DNA of 64,000 bases from Actinomycetota bacterium (GTDB lineage: Bacteria; Actinomycetota; CADDZG01; JAHWKV01): assembly GCA_030447305.1 (NCBI GenBank), contig JAUJPC010000001.1, positions 114,459-178,458 of the forward strand, in the 5' to 3' direction. Below, piece after piece: positions 50,339 to 59,567 of this stretch (position 1 is the stretch's first letter; every line of letters starts with the position of its first letter). The position numbers and the translations under genes are program-made. Under the pieces are notes generated by a model that worked only from the letters and a program-made list of their open reading frames with translations, ran no database searches and was not told the DNA's origin.

Positions 50339-51606
50339 CCCAATCGAGCCGCCCGCTTGAAAGGACGGTCCTCCCCAGCGGACTGACGGTACTGACCGAA
50401 TGCATGCCGGAAGTCCGCTCGGTGGCGATCGGCTACTGGGTGGGGGTCGGCTCACGCGACGAGCCGGCGGCCCTCCAGGGGTCGTCCCACTTCCTCGAGC
50501 ACCTTCTTTTCAAGGGCACTCCCACCCGGACGGCCCGGGACATAGCCGAGACCTTCGATGCGGTCGGCGGAGAAGCCAACGCCTTCAGCGAGAAGGAGTA
50601 CACGTGCTACTACGGCCGCGTCCTGGACAAGGACCTCCCGATGGCGGCCGAGGTGCTGTCCGACATGATCCGTAACTCGCTGATCGCCCCGGGCGACATC
50701 GAAGCCGAGCGCAACGTCATCCTCGAGGAGCTTGCGATGCACGAGGACACGCCGGAGGACCTCATCCACGACTTCTTCGCCGAAACCGTTTTCGGGGATC
50801 ACCCACTGGGCCGGGAGGTCATGGGGACTATCGAAACCGTTCAGTCCATCGACCAAGCCGCCCTTAGATCCTTCCACCGGCAGAACTACCGGTCCCACAA
50901 CATCGTTGTTGCCGCTGCCGGCAACGTCGACCACGAGGACGTGGTCCGCGGGATAGCGGACGGTTTCGGGCCCGCCGACGACATACAGGTCCGGCAGACC
51001 GCCGAGCCGGCCCCCGCCGCGCACCTTAAGGTTTTGAGCCGGCCAACCGAGGGAGCCCACATCGTCATCGGAGGCCTGGGCTATCCGAGCCGGCACCCCC
51101 TGAGATTTGCCTGGGGTGCATTGGACACGTTGCTCGGCGGAAGCATGTCGTCGCGGCTGTTTCAGGAGATCCGGGAGATGCGGGGCCTCGCCTACTCGGT
51201 CTTCTCGTACCGCAACCTGTTCACCGAAACGGGAGCCTACGGAATCTACGCCGGCACCGCTCCGGAAACCGCTCGAGAGGTGGTCGAGCTCGTCGTCGGG
51301 GAGCTGGACCTGATGCTGGACTCGGGCATCTCCCATGCCGAGCTGGAGCGGGCGAAGGGCCATATGAGGGGCGCGGTGGTGCTGGCACTCGAGGACCCCG
51401 CTTCCCGGATGACACGGCTCGGTAAGTCGGAGATCGCGGGCGGCGAGCTGCTGTCGATAGATGAGATCATCGCCCGCGTCGACGCGGTCACGGTGGACGA
51501 CGTGGCCACGGTGGCGAAGGACCTGCTGCAGCCGGAAAGCCGGATCCTCACCGCGATCGGTCCCTTCGACGCCGAGGACTTCGCCGGCTGGCCCGCCGCC
51601 GGCTAG
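50335..51606 (+). CDS. M16-family zinc peptidase, probable CTG start
   Basis: HFLEH motif; conserved TVLPSGLTVLTE lies upstream of the first ATG (50404). Confidence 0.9.
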   Translation: MTQSSRPLERTVLPSGLTVLTECMPEVRSVAIGYWVGVGSRDEPAALQGSSHFLEHLLFKGTPTRTARDIAETFDAVGGEANAFSEKEYTCYYGRVLDKDLPMAAEVLSDMIRNSLIAPGDIEAERNVILEELAMHEDTPEDLIHDFFAETVFGDHPLGREVMGTIETVQSIDQAALRSFHRQNYRSHNIVVAAAGNVDHEDVVRGIADGFGPADDIQVRQTAEPAPAAHLKVLSRPTEGAHIVIGGLGYPSRHPLRFAWGALDTLLGGSMSSRLFQEIREMRGLAYSVFSYRNLFTETGAYGIYAGTAPETAREVVELVVGELDLMLDSGISHAELERAKGHMRGAVVLALEDPASRMTRLGKSEIAGGELLSIDEIIARVDAVTVDDVATVAKDLLQPESRILTAIGPFDAEDFAGWPAAG

Positions 51607-51616
51607 AAGGAGCGAC

Positions 51617-52357
51617 ATGATTCGGGTTGCCGTACTGGGGGCGAACGGCCGGATGGGGCGGGAGGTCTGTGCCGCGGTCGAGGCGGAGCCGGACCTGGAC
51701 CTCACGGAGCAGGTGGACATCGGCCTGGGGAGCCTCGATGCCCTGGTTGAGTCACAGGTTCAGGTGGCCGTGGACTTCACCAACGCCGAGGCGGCCGCCG
51801 AGAACATCCCCTGGTGCATCAAGAACGGCATTCACGTCGTGGTCGGCTCCTCTGGAATTCCTCCCCACGTCATCGATGAGATAGCCGAGCTCTGCCCCAG
51901 GTGCGAGGGCAACGTGCTGATCGCACCCAATTTCGCCATCGGAGCCGTTTTGTCGATGAAGTTCGCCGAGATGGCAGCCGCATGGATGCCCGACGCCGAG
52001 ATCATCGAGCTGCACCACAGCGGCAAGATGGACTCCCCGTCGGGTACCGCGTTGAACACCGTCGAAGGGATACTCAAGGGCCGCAAGCAGTTACCCGCCG
52101 ACCGACCCGGAACTCTTAAGGAGAACTTGCCGGGAGCCAGGGGGGCCGAGCGGCAGGGGGTGCACATCCATAGTGTGCGCCTCCCCGGACTCGTGGCCCA
52201 CCAGGAGGTCATATTCGGAGGGCCGGGTCAGACGCTGACGATCCGGCACGACTCGGTCGACCGCAAGTCGTTCATGCCGGGTGTCATATTGGGCATTCGG
52301 CGGATAATCAGCCATCCCGGGCTCACCATCGGCCTGGAGCACTACCTGGGCCTTTAG
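51617..52357 (+). CDS. dapB: 4-hydroxy-tetrahydrodipicolinate reductase
   Basis: GANGRMG, EIIELHH..KMDSPSGTA. Confidence 0.95.
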   Translation: MIRVAVLGANGRMGREVCAAVEAEPDLDLTEQVDIGLGSLDALVESQVQVAVDFTNAEAAAENIPWCIKNGIHVVVGSSGIPPHVIDEIAELCPRCEGNVLIAPNFAIGAVLSMKFAEMAAAWMPDAEIIELHHSGKMDSPSGTALNTVEGILKGRKQLPADRPGTLKENLPGARGAERQGVHIHSVRLPGLVAHQEVIFGGPGQTLTIRHDSVDRKSFMPGVILGIRRIISHPGLTIGLEHYLGL

Positions 52358-53135
52358 GCGCCCCCTTGGCAGGGACCGGGTGGAGCATCCAGACATTGGG
52401 CTCCCAGTAGCTCCCCACGTCGTGCTCTCGGTCTATCTGCAGGGTCGAAAGGCCGTGAGGAAAGACGTAGGTACCGGTCGCAGGGAAGGCCATGCCGGTC
52501 CAGTTCTCCCACTCAGCTACGGTTGCCGTGATCTGAAGCGACCGAGGGGCCGGTTTGAGGACCTTCGCGCCCAGCGCAACATGAATCCGCATCCACGGAT
52601 CGAACGGCAAGCCGTCGGCTGCTTTCCAGTGCACGTACTCGTCGATCGGAGTCAGCGGGTAGCGCTCCTTTAAGTTGGGCCTCACCGGCGCCAGGAGGTT
52701 CCGAAACCCGCGCTCTGTCGCCAGAGCCGCCATTGCCTTCAGCAATAGAGCCCCGAGGCCTTTCGACCGGTTCTCGGGCGGCACCTCGGCCGCAATCGCC
52801 GACAGCGCATTGGGAGGTTGGGGCCATCCGGCGAAGGCCCGCCTGACCAGGTCGTCGATCCCGGAGGGCAGGTTGTCCGGATTCTCATCCCAGACCAGGG
52901 GGATCGTGTTGCCCCGGGCGAGCATCTCGCCGGACCGATCGTGCACCAGCACGAACTGGAACTCCGCAAAGGTTTCGTAGAGACCGCCCCACAGCGGGCC
53001 CAGCACGTCACCGTGCCGGTTGTACTCGGGCCAGAGGCCGGGGAAGCGTTCATCGAACCGGGAGGTCCGGTCGGGCTCCTGGGAGTGCGGGACCACCCTG
53101 ACCGTCTCCGCACCCCAGCGAAGAAGGATGCTCAC
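52323..53135 (-). CDS. GNAT-like N-acetyltransferase, start approximate
   Basis: RSKGLG, APVRP, DPWMRIH, YWEPNVW in the 3' part of ORF 52323-53678. Confidence 0.75.
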   Translation of the reverse strand: MSILLRWGAETVRVVPHSQEPDRTSRFDERFPGLWPEYNRHGDVLGPLWGGLYETFAEFQFVLVHDRSGEMLARGNTIPLVWDENPDNLPSGIDDLVRRAFAGWPQPPNALSAIAAEVPPENRSKGLGALLLKAMAALATERGFRNLLAPVRPNLKERYPLTPIDEYVHWKAADGLPFDPWMRIHVALGAKVLKPAPRSLQITATVAEWENWTGMAFPATGTYVFPHGLSTLQIDREHDVGSYWEPNVWMLHPVPAKGAPKGPGSAPGRW

Positions 53136-53315
53136 GGGCGGACCGGCTCCAAGCGGGTTGTTACAATCCCCCTGGACAACTCTTTCGAGCCAAATTGGAG
53201 CGCGCCGTCTCGTGCCTGAAGGCGCAAGTTCGGTCGCCGGATGCAGGAAGTGAAGACCGGTCCTGTCTGATCCAAACCAGACCAGATGGGAAATCCCTTG
53301 GGAAAAGGAGCAGAG

Positions 53316-54200
53316 ATGGGCGGGCGATTCGGGGACCTCATCACCGCCATGGTGACTCCGTTCGATCAGGATGGCAAAGTTAACCTCGACCAGGCCCAAA
53401 AGCTCGCGGCCTGGCTTAGCGAAAACGGGTCGGACGGGCTCGTCGTCGCCGGCTCCACCGGTGAGGCCTCCACGCTGACCGACGATGAGCAGAGGGATCT
53501 GTGGAAGGCGGTCAGGGAGGCGGTGGGGGACCGGACCACCATCATCGGCGGCACCGGAAGCAATGACACCGCCCACGCCGTCCACCTGACCAAGGCAGCC
53601 GAGGAGGACGGTCTGGATGCTGCACTGGTGGTCACCCCGTACTACAACCGGCCCCCCCAAAGCGGCCTGCTGGAGCACTTCCGGGCCGTAGCCGCCTCAA
53701 CCTCTCTTCCTGTGATCCTGTACGACATCCCGGCTCGCAGCGTCGTCAAAATCGACCACGCCACGTTGATCGAGCTGGCGCAGATCGACAACGTCGTGGC
53801 CGTCAAGGACGCCGCAGGCAGCGCCCAGGGCGCCGCCCGCCTGGTTGCCGGCGCCCCGGAGGGGTTTCAGGTCTACTCGGGCAATGACGCAGACACGCTG
53901 CCCTGGCTCAGCGTCGGAGCGGTGGGAGTGATTGCGGTGGCGTCGCACATCGTCGGGCCTCAGATGGCGGAGATGATTCGCCTGTTCCGCTCCGGCGACC
54001 CCGACGGCGCCCGCAAGATCCACCTGGATTTGATGCCGGTGTTCGACGCTATGGGACTCACCACCAACCCGATACCCGTGAAGGCGTGCCTGGAGCTGAT
54101 GGGGTATCGGGTGGGCGGACCGCGCCTGCCGTTGATCCCGGCGACCGGGGCGCAAACAGGCCAGCTCAGGGACGTTCTAACCTCCGCGGGGGTTCTTTGA
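53316..54200 (+). CDS. dapA: 4-hydroxy-tetrahydrodipicolinate synthase
   Basis: TAMVTPF, GSTGE, PYYNRP, VKDA, NPIPVK. Confidence 0.96.
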   Translation: MGGRFGDLITAMVTPFDQDGKVNLDQAQKLAAWLSENGSDGLVVAGSTGEASTLTDDEQRDLWKAVREAVGDRTTIIGGTGSNDTAHAVHLTKAAEEDGLDAALVVTPYYNRPPQSGLLEHFRAVAASTSLPVILYDIPARSVVKIDHATLIELAQIDNVVAVKDAAGSAQGAARLVAGAPEGFQVYSGNDADTLPWLSVGAVGVIAVASHIVGPQMAEMIRLFRSGDPDGARKIHLDLMPVFDAMGLTTNPIPVKACLELMGYRVGGPRLPLIPATGAQTGQLRDVLTSAGVL

Positions 54201-54213
54201 GTTTGAGCCCCGC

Positions 54214-55899
54214 GTGACGCCGAAAAAGGGTAAGAGCACCGGCTGCACCAAGATCGTCTTCCTGGGCGGTCTGGGTGAGATCGGCCGCAACATGACGATT
54301 TTCGAGCACGAGGGCAAAATTCTCGTGGTCGATGTCGGCCTGATGTTCCCTACCGAGGAGATGCTGGGAGTGGACCTGGTCCTCCCGGACTTCACCTATT
54401 TGAGACAGCGCCAGGATCAGGTGGTCGGCGTGCTGCTGACGCACGGTCACGAGGACCACATCGGCGGGCTGGCCTACCTGCTGAAAGAGATGGACCTTCC
54501 GCCGATTTACAGCGCCCGGCTCACCCTGGGGATCCTGAGCTCAAAGCTGGAGGAACACCGGGTGCTGGACAAGGCCGACCTGCGGGAGGTGGCAGCGCCG
54601 GGGACCTTGTCTCTGGGACCCTTCGACCTGCGCTTCTTCAACATGGTTCACTCGATTCCCGACTGCCTGGGGACCCACATCACCACGCCGGCCGGAACGA
54701 TCTTCTACACCAGCGACTACAAGCTCGACCCGTATCCGATCGGCAACCGCCCGACGGATCTGGATGGCATCGGCGAGGTGGCGGCCCACGGGATCGACCT
54801 TTTGATCGGGGACTCGACCAATGCCGACCACCCAGGCCACACGCCATCGGAACGAACGGTGGGGGAGCCCCTGCACGAAGTCATCCGAGCCGCCCACGGG
54901 CGGGTGATAGTTGCCTGTTTCGCCTCGAACATCCACCGGGTCCAGCAGGTTCTCACCGCAGCCGAGGAGGAGGGCCGGGTGGTGGCGTTCCTGGGCCGGA
55001 GCATGCTCAACAACATGCGGGTCGCACAGGAGCTTGGGTACGTGAAGGTCCCCGAGTGGATGGTCGTCCCCATCGACCAGGTCGGCCAGTACCCGGAGGA
55101 CAAAGTGGTCATCGTCTCCACCGGCTCGCAGGGCGAGCCGCTATCGGCTCTGTCGCTGATGGCCGCCCGGGAGCACAGGTGGATTCAACTTCACAAGGGG
55201 GACACGGTCGTGCTGTCCGCCACCCCGATTCCGGGCAACGAGTCCGCAGTGCGCCGGGTGATCGACGGGCTGTTCCGCATCGGAGCGAAGGTGGTCGCTC
55301 CGCCGTTGGCCAAGGTGCACGTCTCCGGTCACGCCGCCGCCGAGGACTTGAAGCACATGCTCGAGCTCATCGGTCCCAACTGGTTCGTCCCGGTCCACGG
55401 CGAGTACCACCACCTGGCGCTGCACGCCGAGCTGGCCCATCAGGTGGGCATTCCCGAGAATCACGTGATCGTGATGGAGGACGGAAACGTCCTGGAGATG
55501 ACGGACGGCGTGGTGCGGCGCTCCGAGGAGCACGTGGAGGCCGGTTTCGTGTTCGTCGACGGCCTGGGAATCGGCGACGTGGGGCATGAGGTGCTTCGCG
55601 ACCGGAGGGTCCTGGCCGACGAGGGAGTGGTGGTCTGCGTGGTCACAATCGATTCCTACAACGGCGAGCTGTTGGCCGGGCCCGACGTGATCTCCCGGGG
55701 ATTTGTTTTCGGCGACGAGTCCTCGGAGTTCCTCGAGGAGGCCAAGAACCAGGTCCGGCAGGCGCTGTCCAACCTGGCCGAGGACGAGATCAGCGACTAC
55801 TCGGCTGTTCGTCGCAAGGTCCGCAAGTCCCTGGGCAGCTTCGTCTGGAAGCGCACCGGCCGCCGGCCGATCATCCTGCCGATCGTGATGGAGGTTTAG
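54214..55899 (+). CDS. rnj: Ribonuclease J
   Basis: GGLGEIGRN, THGHEDHIG, GSQGEP, HVSGH, PVHGE. Confidence 0.97.
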   Translation: MTPKKGKSTGCTKIVFLGGLGEIGRNMTIFEHEGKILVVDVGLMFPTEEMLGVDLVLPDFTYLRQRQDQVVGVLLTHGHEDHIGGLAYLLKEMDLPPIYSARLTLGILSSKLEEHRVLDKADLREVAAPGTLSLGPFDLRFFNMVHSIPDCLGTHITTPAGTIFYTSDYKLDPYPIGNRPTDLDGIGEVAAHGIDLLIGDSTNADHPGHTPSERTVGEPLHEVIRAAHGRVIVACFASNIHRVQQVLTAAEEEGRVVAFLGRSMLNNMRVAQELGYVKVPEWMVVPIDQVGQYPEDKVVIVSTGSQGEPLSALSLMAAREHRWIQLHKGDTVVLSATPIPGNESAVRRVIDGLFRIGAKVVAPPLAKVHVSGHAAAEDLKHMLELIGPNWFVPVHGEYHHLALHAELAHQVGIPENHVIVMEDGNVLEMTDGVVRRSEEHVEAGFVFVDGLGIGDVGHEVLRDRRVLADEGVVVCVVTIDSYNGELLAGPDVISRGFVFGDESSEFLEEAKNQVRQALSNLAEDEISDYSAVRRKVRKSLGSFVWKRTGRRPIILPIVMEV

Positions 55900-56351
55900 G
55901 GCAGCAGGAGCGGCCCGGTATGCTCGACGTATGTATCCGTTCTTCGACCCGGATGACCGGGTACTGAAGATACTTTCGGGAATCCGATAAGACCGCCAAT
56001 CAATCGTCCCGTTTCCGCGGTGTTGGCAATCATGGTCATCCTTGGATCCTGGTTTTGGATCTTCTACCTTAACGTGCTAAGTCAGTTTGGGTTCTAGACC
56101 GTACCCACCGAGCGATTGCGGCGACTCTTCGGACCTGAAAAACGAATCGCCCTGAATCCTCGGCCGGTCAACCACAGCGGGAGCCTCCACGAAAAGGGGT
56201 TTTGGCGGCGAGGGCGCCGCTCGGGCGGTCAGCTACCGGTTGATGGACAAGTCCGATTGACAGGTATTGCGACAGGATCACGACAATATCGCGGCATGGA
56301 GGAGGAATCCAAGATGCGAAACTGCGACAATCGGGTAGCCGTATACTCAAT

Positions 56352-56621
56352 GTGTATCCGGGCTTCGAAAGGGCAATAGTACAGACCAAGATCCAGCGTT
56401 GGGGAAACAGCCTTGGCTTGCGTATCCCGAAGTCGTTTGCTGCCGAGGCGCAGGTTGAGGCAGGGTCGACCGTTGATATCTCGGTGGAGGACGGCGCCCT
56501 GATCGTCCGATCGGTCTCGGCGCGCAAGTATGAGATTGGTGATTTGCTCAAGGGAGTCACTTCCTCAAACCTCCATGATGAAACCGACTGGGGTGGGCCT
56601 TCAGGCGACGAGGCCTGGTAA
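56352..56621 (+). CDS. mazE: AbrB/MazE antitoxin, start uncertain
   Basis: QRWGNSLGLRIPK, HDETDWG. Confidence 0.9.
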   Translation: MYPGFERAIVQTKIQRWGNSLGLRIPKSFAAEAQVEAGSTVDISVEDGALIVRSVSARKYEIGDLLKGVTSSNLHDETDWGGPSGDEAW

Positions 56622-56962
56622 TGGCGCCGTACGCACCCGAGCGCGGCGACATCATCTGGCTCCACTTCACCCCCCAAGCCGGCCATGAGCAGGTAGGTCG
56701 GCGGCCGGGGCTGGTGATATCACCGGCCGACTACAACCGGAAGGTGGGCCTGGCCCTCGTCTGTCCCATCACCTCAAAGGTAAAGGGTTACCCCTTTGAG
56801 GTGGAGTTGCCCCACGGTTTGAAAACCCAAGGCGCAATACTGTGCGACCAGATCCGTAGCCTTGATTGGCGCGCGAGGCGGGCGGAACCGTTCTGTCCGG
56901 CGCCTCGAGAGGTTATTGAGGAAGCGACCGCCAAGATTCTCGCGCTCGTGGATCCGCGTTGA
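56621..56962 (+). CDS. mazF: MazF/PemK endoribonuclease toxin
   Basis: PQAGHEQ..RRP, CPITSK, DQIRSLDWRAR; TAATG overlap. Confidence 0.95.
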   Translation: MAPYAPERGDIIWLHFTPQAGHEQVGRRPGLVISPADYNRKVGLALVCPITSKVKGYPFEVELPHGLKTQGAILCDQIRSLDWRARRAEPFCPAPREVIEEATAKILALVDPR

Positions 56963-57134
56963 GTTTGAGCCCACCGGCCGGGCCCTTTCGACACCGAAAT
57001 CCGCCAACCTCGGCCCCCCATGGCCGAAGATGGGCTCCGGACAGCACGCAGTATCGGGCGAAGGAAGCCCGTTTCCCATCCCATGGGGCGTGCGAAGGCA
57101 CCCCCGGCAGATAAGCCGGCTGTACGGAGGTTGG

Positions 57135-59531
57135 ATGCCCCCCTCAAAAACAAGTAGCCGCAGCAGAGCCACCACCACCCGGAGGCCTGCAGCCAAAACC
57201 ACCAGCTCCAACAGACCGGCGGCGCGGCGGCCGGCGCAAAAGGCGCCCCAGCGAGCCCGGCACCGCAAGAAGGCCGCCTCGCCGCTCGCCGGAATCTTCG
57301 GCCCGAACACCGACGGCTTCGCAGTGATCGTGCTCTTCCTGGCAATCCTGGGAGGCCTCGGCATCTACGCCGATCTGGCCGGTCCGGTGGGCCGCCGGCT
57401 CGAGTGGGCGATGCGGTGGGTCTTTGGTTCTGCATCCTACGGAGTGCCTCCCGCGCTGGCCGTGGTGGCCGTCACGATGATGAACAAGCGCAACTCGGGC
57501 GAAGCGGGAAGGATCGCCACCGGGGCGTTCATGACACTGGCCGGCGTGGCGGCCTGGGTGCACATGCTTTTTGCCAACGACTCCGGCGGTTTGCACCTGG
57601 ACGAGTTTCCGTCCATCGGGGGCGGTGTCGGCGCGCTGATCGCCTGGCCGGCCGAGACTCTGCTGTCCGTGTGGGGAGCAGCGCTGTTGATCGTGATGAT
57701 CGTTCTCCTGGGATTGCTCGTGTTGACCAAGACTCCGGCTTCACGTGTGATCTCAGCGGTTCAGGCGCTCATGACGGGGCTGGCCAGGGGCGCCGCCCAT
57801 ATGGGCCGCTCGGTCAACGACGCGACCAAGCGCCGGACAGAAAAGATGAGCTCGGAGCTGGGTCCCCAGGCCCCTGCTCTGCCGCACCAGGAATCCGAGC
57901 CCCATCCGGCCGTCCCACAGGAGCCGGCGGCGAAGCCGGTTCGGGCCGAGCCGGCGTCGCTGTTCCATGCGTCCGAAGAGCCGGAGGGGATCCCGTTCGA
58001 AGATCATTCTCCCGTCTTGTCCGACCCGGATCCCGAGGGGTACAAAGTTCCGCCGATCACCATGCTGGCCGTCGGGGAGACCGCCGAGGTGTCCAGACGA
58101 ATGATCGATGACACCGTCGCGGCCCTGGAGCACACGCTGCAGCAGTTTGAGGTTGACGCCCGGGTGACCGGCTACACCGCCGGGCCGACGGTGACCCGCT
58201 ATGAGATCGAGCTCGGCCCCGCCGTGAAGGTCAACCGCGTCGTGAGCCTGGAGAAGGAGATCCGGTACGCTCTCGCTGCCGGAGACCTGCGGATCCTGGC
58301 GCCGATTCCCGGCCGCTCGGCCATCGGCATCGAGGTTCCGAACAAGGACCGGGTGGCGGTCACGCTCGGGGACGTAATGCGGAGCCCGCAGGCACGCACC
58401 TCGGAGCACCCGCTGACCGTCGGCCTGGGCAAGGACATCGCCGGCGTCTCGATGGTGGTGAACCTGGCCGACATGCCCCACCTTCTCATCGCAGGAGCGA
58501 CCGGAGCCGGAAAGTCCACGTGCATCAATGCGGTGCTCTGCTCGGTTCTGCTCCGGGCGCGGCCCGATCAGGTCCGGCTCCTGCTCATCGACCCCAAGAT
58601 GGTGGAGCTCAGCAACTACAACGGCGTGCCGCACCTGTTGACTCCGGTGGTCACCAACCCCAAGAAGGCCTCGGAGGCACTCGGATGGGTGGCCAGGGAG
58701 ATGGACGCCCGGTACGAGGTGCTCGCTTCGGTGGGCTACCGGCACTCCGACATGTACAACGCCGCGGTGAGGGCCGGCAACCTTCCGCCGTTCGAGGACG
58801 GTACCCCCCGCACGACTTTTCCCTACTACCTGGTGGTGGTCGACGAGCTGGCGGACCTCATGATGGTCGCTCCCCGGGAGGTGGAGGACCACATCTGCCG
58901 GATCGCCCAGAAGGCGAGGGCGGTGGGAATCCACCTGATCGTAGCCACCCAGCGGCCGTCGGTCGACGTGGTCACCGGCGTCATCAAGGCCAACATCCCG
59001 TCCCGTATGGCATTCGCAACCGCCAGCATGCAGGATAGCCGGGTCATCCTCGACGAAGGGGGAGCGGAGCGCCTGATCGGCAAGGGCGACATGCTCTACA
59101 AACATGCGTCCGCACCCCGGGCGGTCCGGTTGCAGGGAGCCTACATCTCCGAGAAGGAGACGGCCGGCCTGGTGGGATGGTGCCGCAGGCAGCGCAACGT
59201 CAACTATGTCGAGGGCATCGTCAGCTCCGGAACCGAGACCAAGGGCTCGGGCCTGAGGACCGGCGCCGAGGACGATGATCAAGATCTCATCGCCATGGCG
59301 ACCGAGCTGATCGTCCGGTCGCAGCTCGGCTCCACCTCAATGCTTCAGCGCAAGCTGAAGGTCGGGTTCGCCCGGGCGGGGAGGATCATGGATATGCTTG
59401 AGGAGCGCGGGGTCGTGGGCCCGTCACAGGGATCAAAGCCGCGCGATGTCCTGATGACACTCGAGGAGCTGAGTGAGGTGGACGGGAGTGCTGATCAGCC
59501 AGGGGAGCCGGAAGGCGCTCTGCAGCCCTGA
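57135..59531 (+). CDS. ftsK: DNA translocase FtsK
   Basis: N-terminal TMs, GATGAGKS, DELADLM, ATQRPS, gamma domain LQRKLKVGFARA. Confidence 0.97.
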   Translation: MPPSKTSSRSRATTTRRPAAKTTSSNRPAARRPAQKAPQRARHRKKAASPLAGIFGPNTDGFAVIVLFLAILGGLGIYADLAGPVGRRLEWAMRWVFGSASYGVPPALAVVAVTMMNKRNSGEAGRIATGAFMTLAGVAAWVHMLFANDSGGLHLDEFPSIGGGVGALIAWPAETLLSVWGAALLIVMIVLLGLLVLTKTPASRVISAVQALMTGLARGAAHMGRSVNDATKRRTEKMSSELGPQAPALPHQESEPHPAVPQEPAAKPVRAEPASLFHASEEPEGIPFEDHSPVLSDPDPEGYKVPPITMLAVGETAEVSRRMIDDTVAALEHTLQQFEVDARVTGYTAGPTVTRYEIELGPAVKVNRVVSLEKEIRYALAAGDLRILAPIPGRSAIGIEVPNKDRVAVTLGDVMRSPQARTSEHPLTVGLGKDIAGVSMVVNLADMPHLLIAGATGAGKSTCINAVLCSVLLRARPDQVRLLLIDPKMVELSNYNGVPHLLTPVVTNPKKASEALGWVAREMDARYEVLASVGYRHSDMYNAAVRAGNLPPFEDGTPRTTFPYYLVVVDELADLMMVAPREVEDHICRIAQKARAVGIHLIVATQRPSVDVVTGVIKANIPSRMAFATASMQDSRVILDEGGAERLIGKGDMLYKHASAPRAVRLQGAYISEKETAGLVGWCRRQRNVNYVEGIVSSGTETKGSGLRTGAEDDDQDLIAMATELIVRSQLGSTSMLQRKLKVGFARAGRIMDMLEERGVVGPSQGSKPRDVLMTLEELSEVDGSADQPGEPEGALQP

Positions 59532-59567
59532 CCCGGTATTAGGGACGGGGAGCACGACCCCGCAGCT

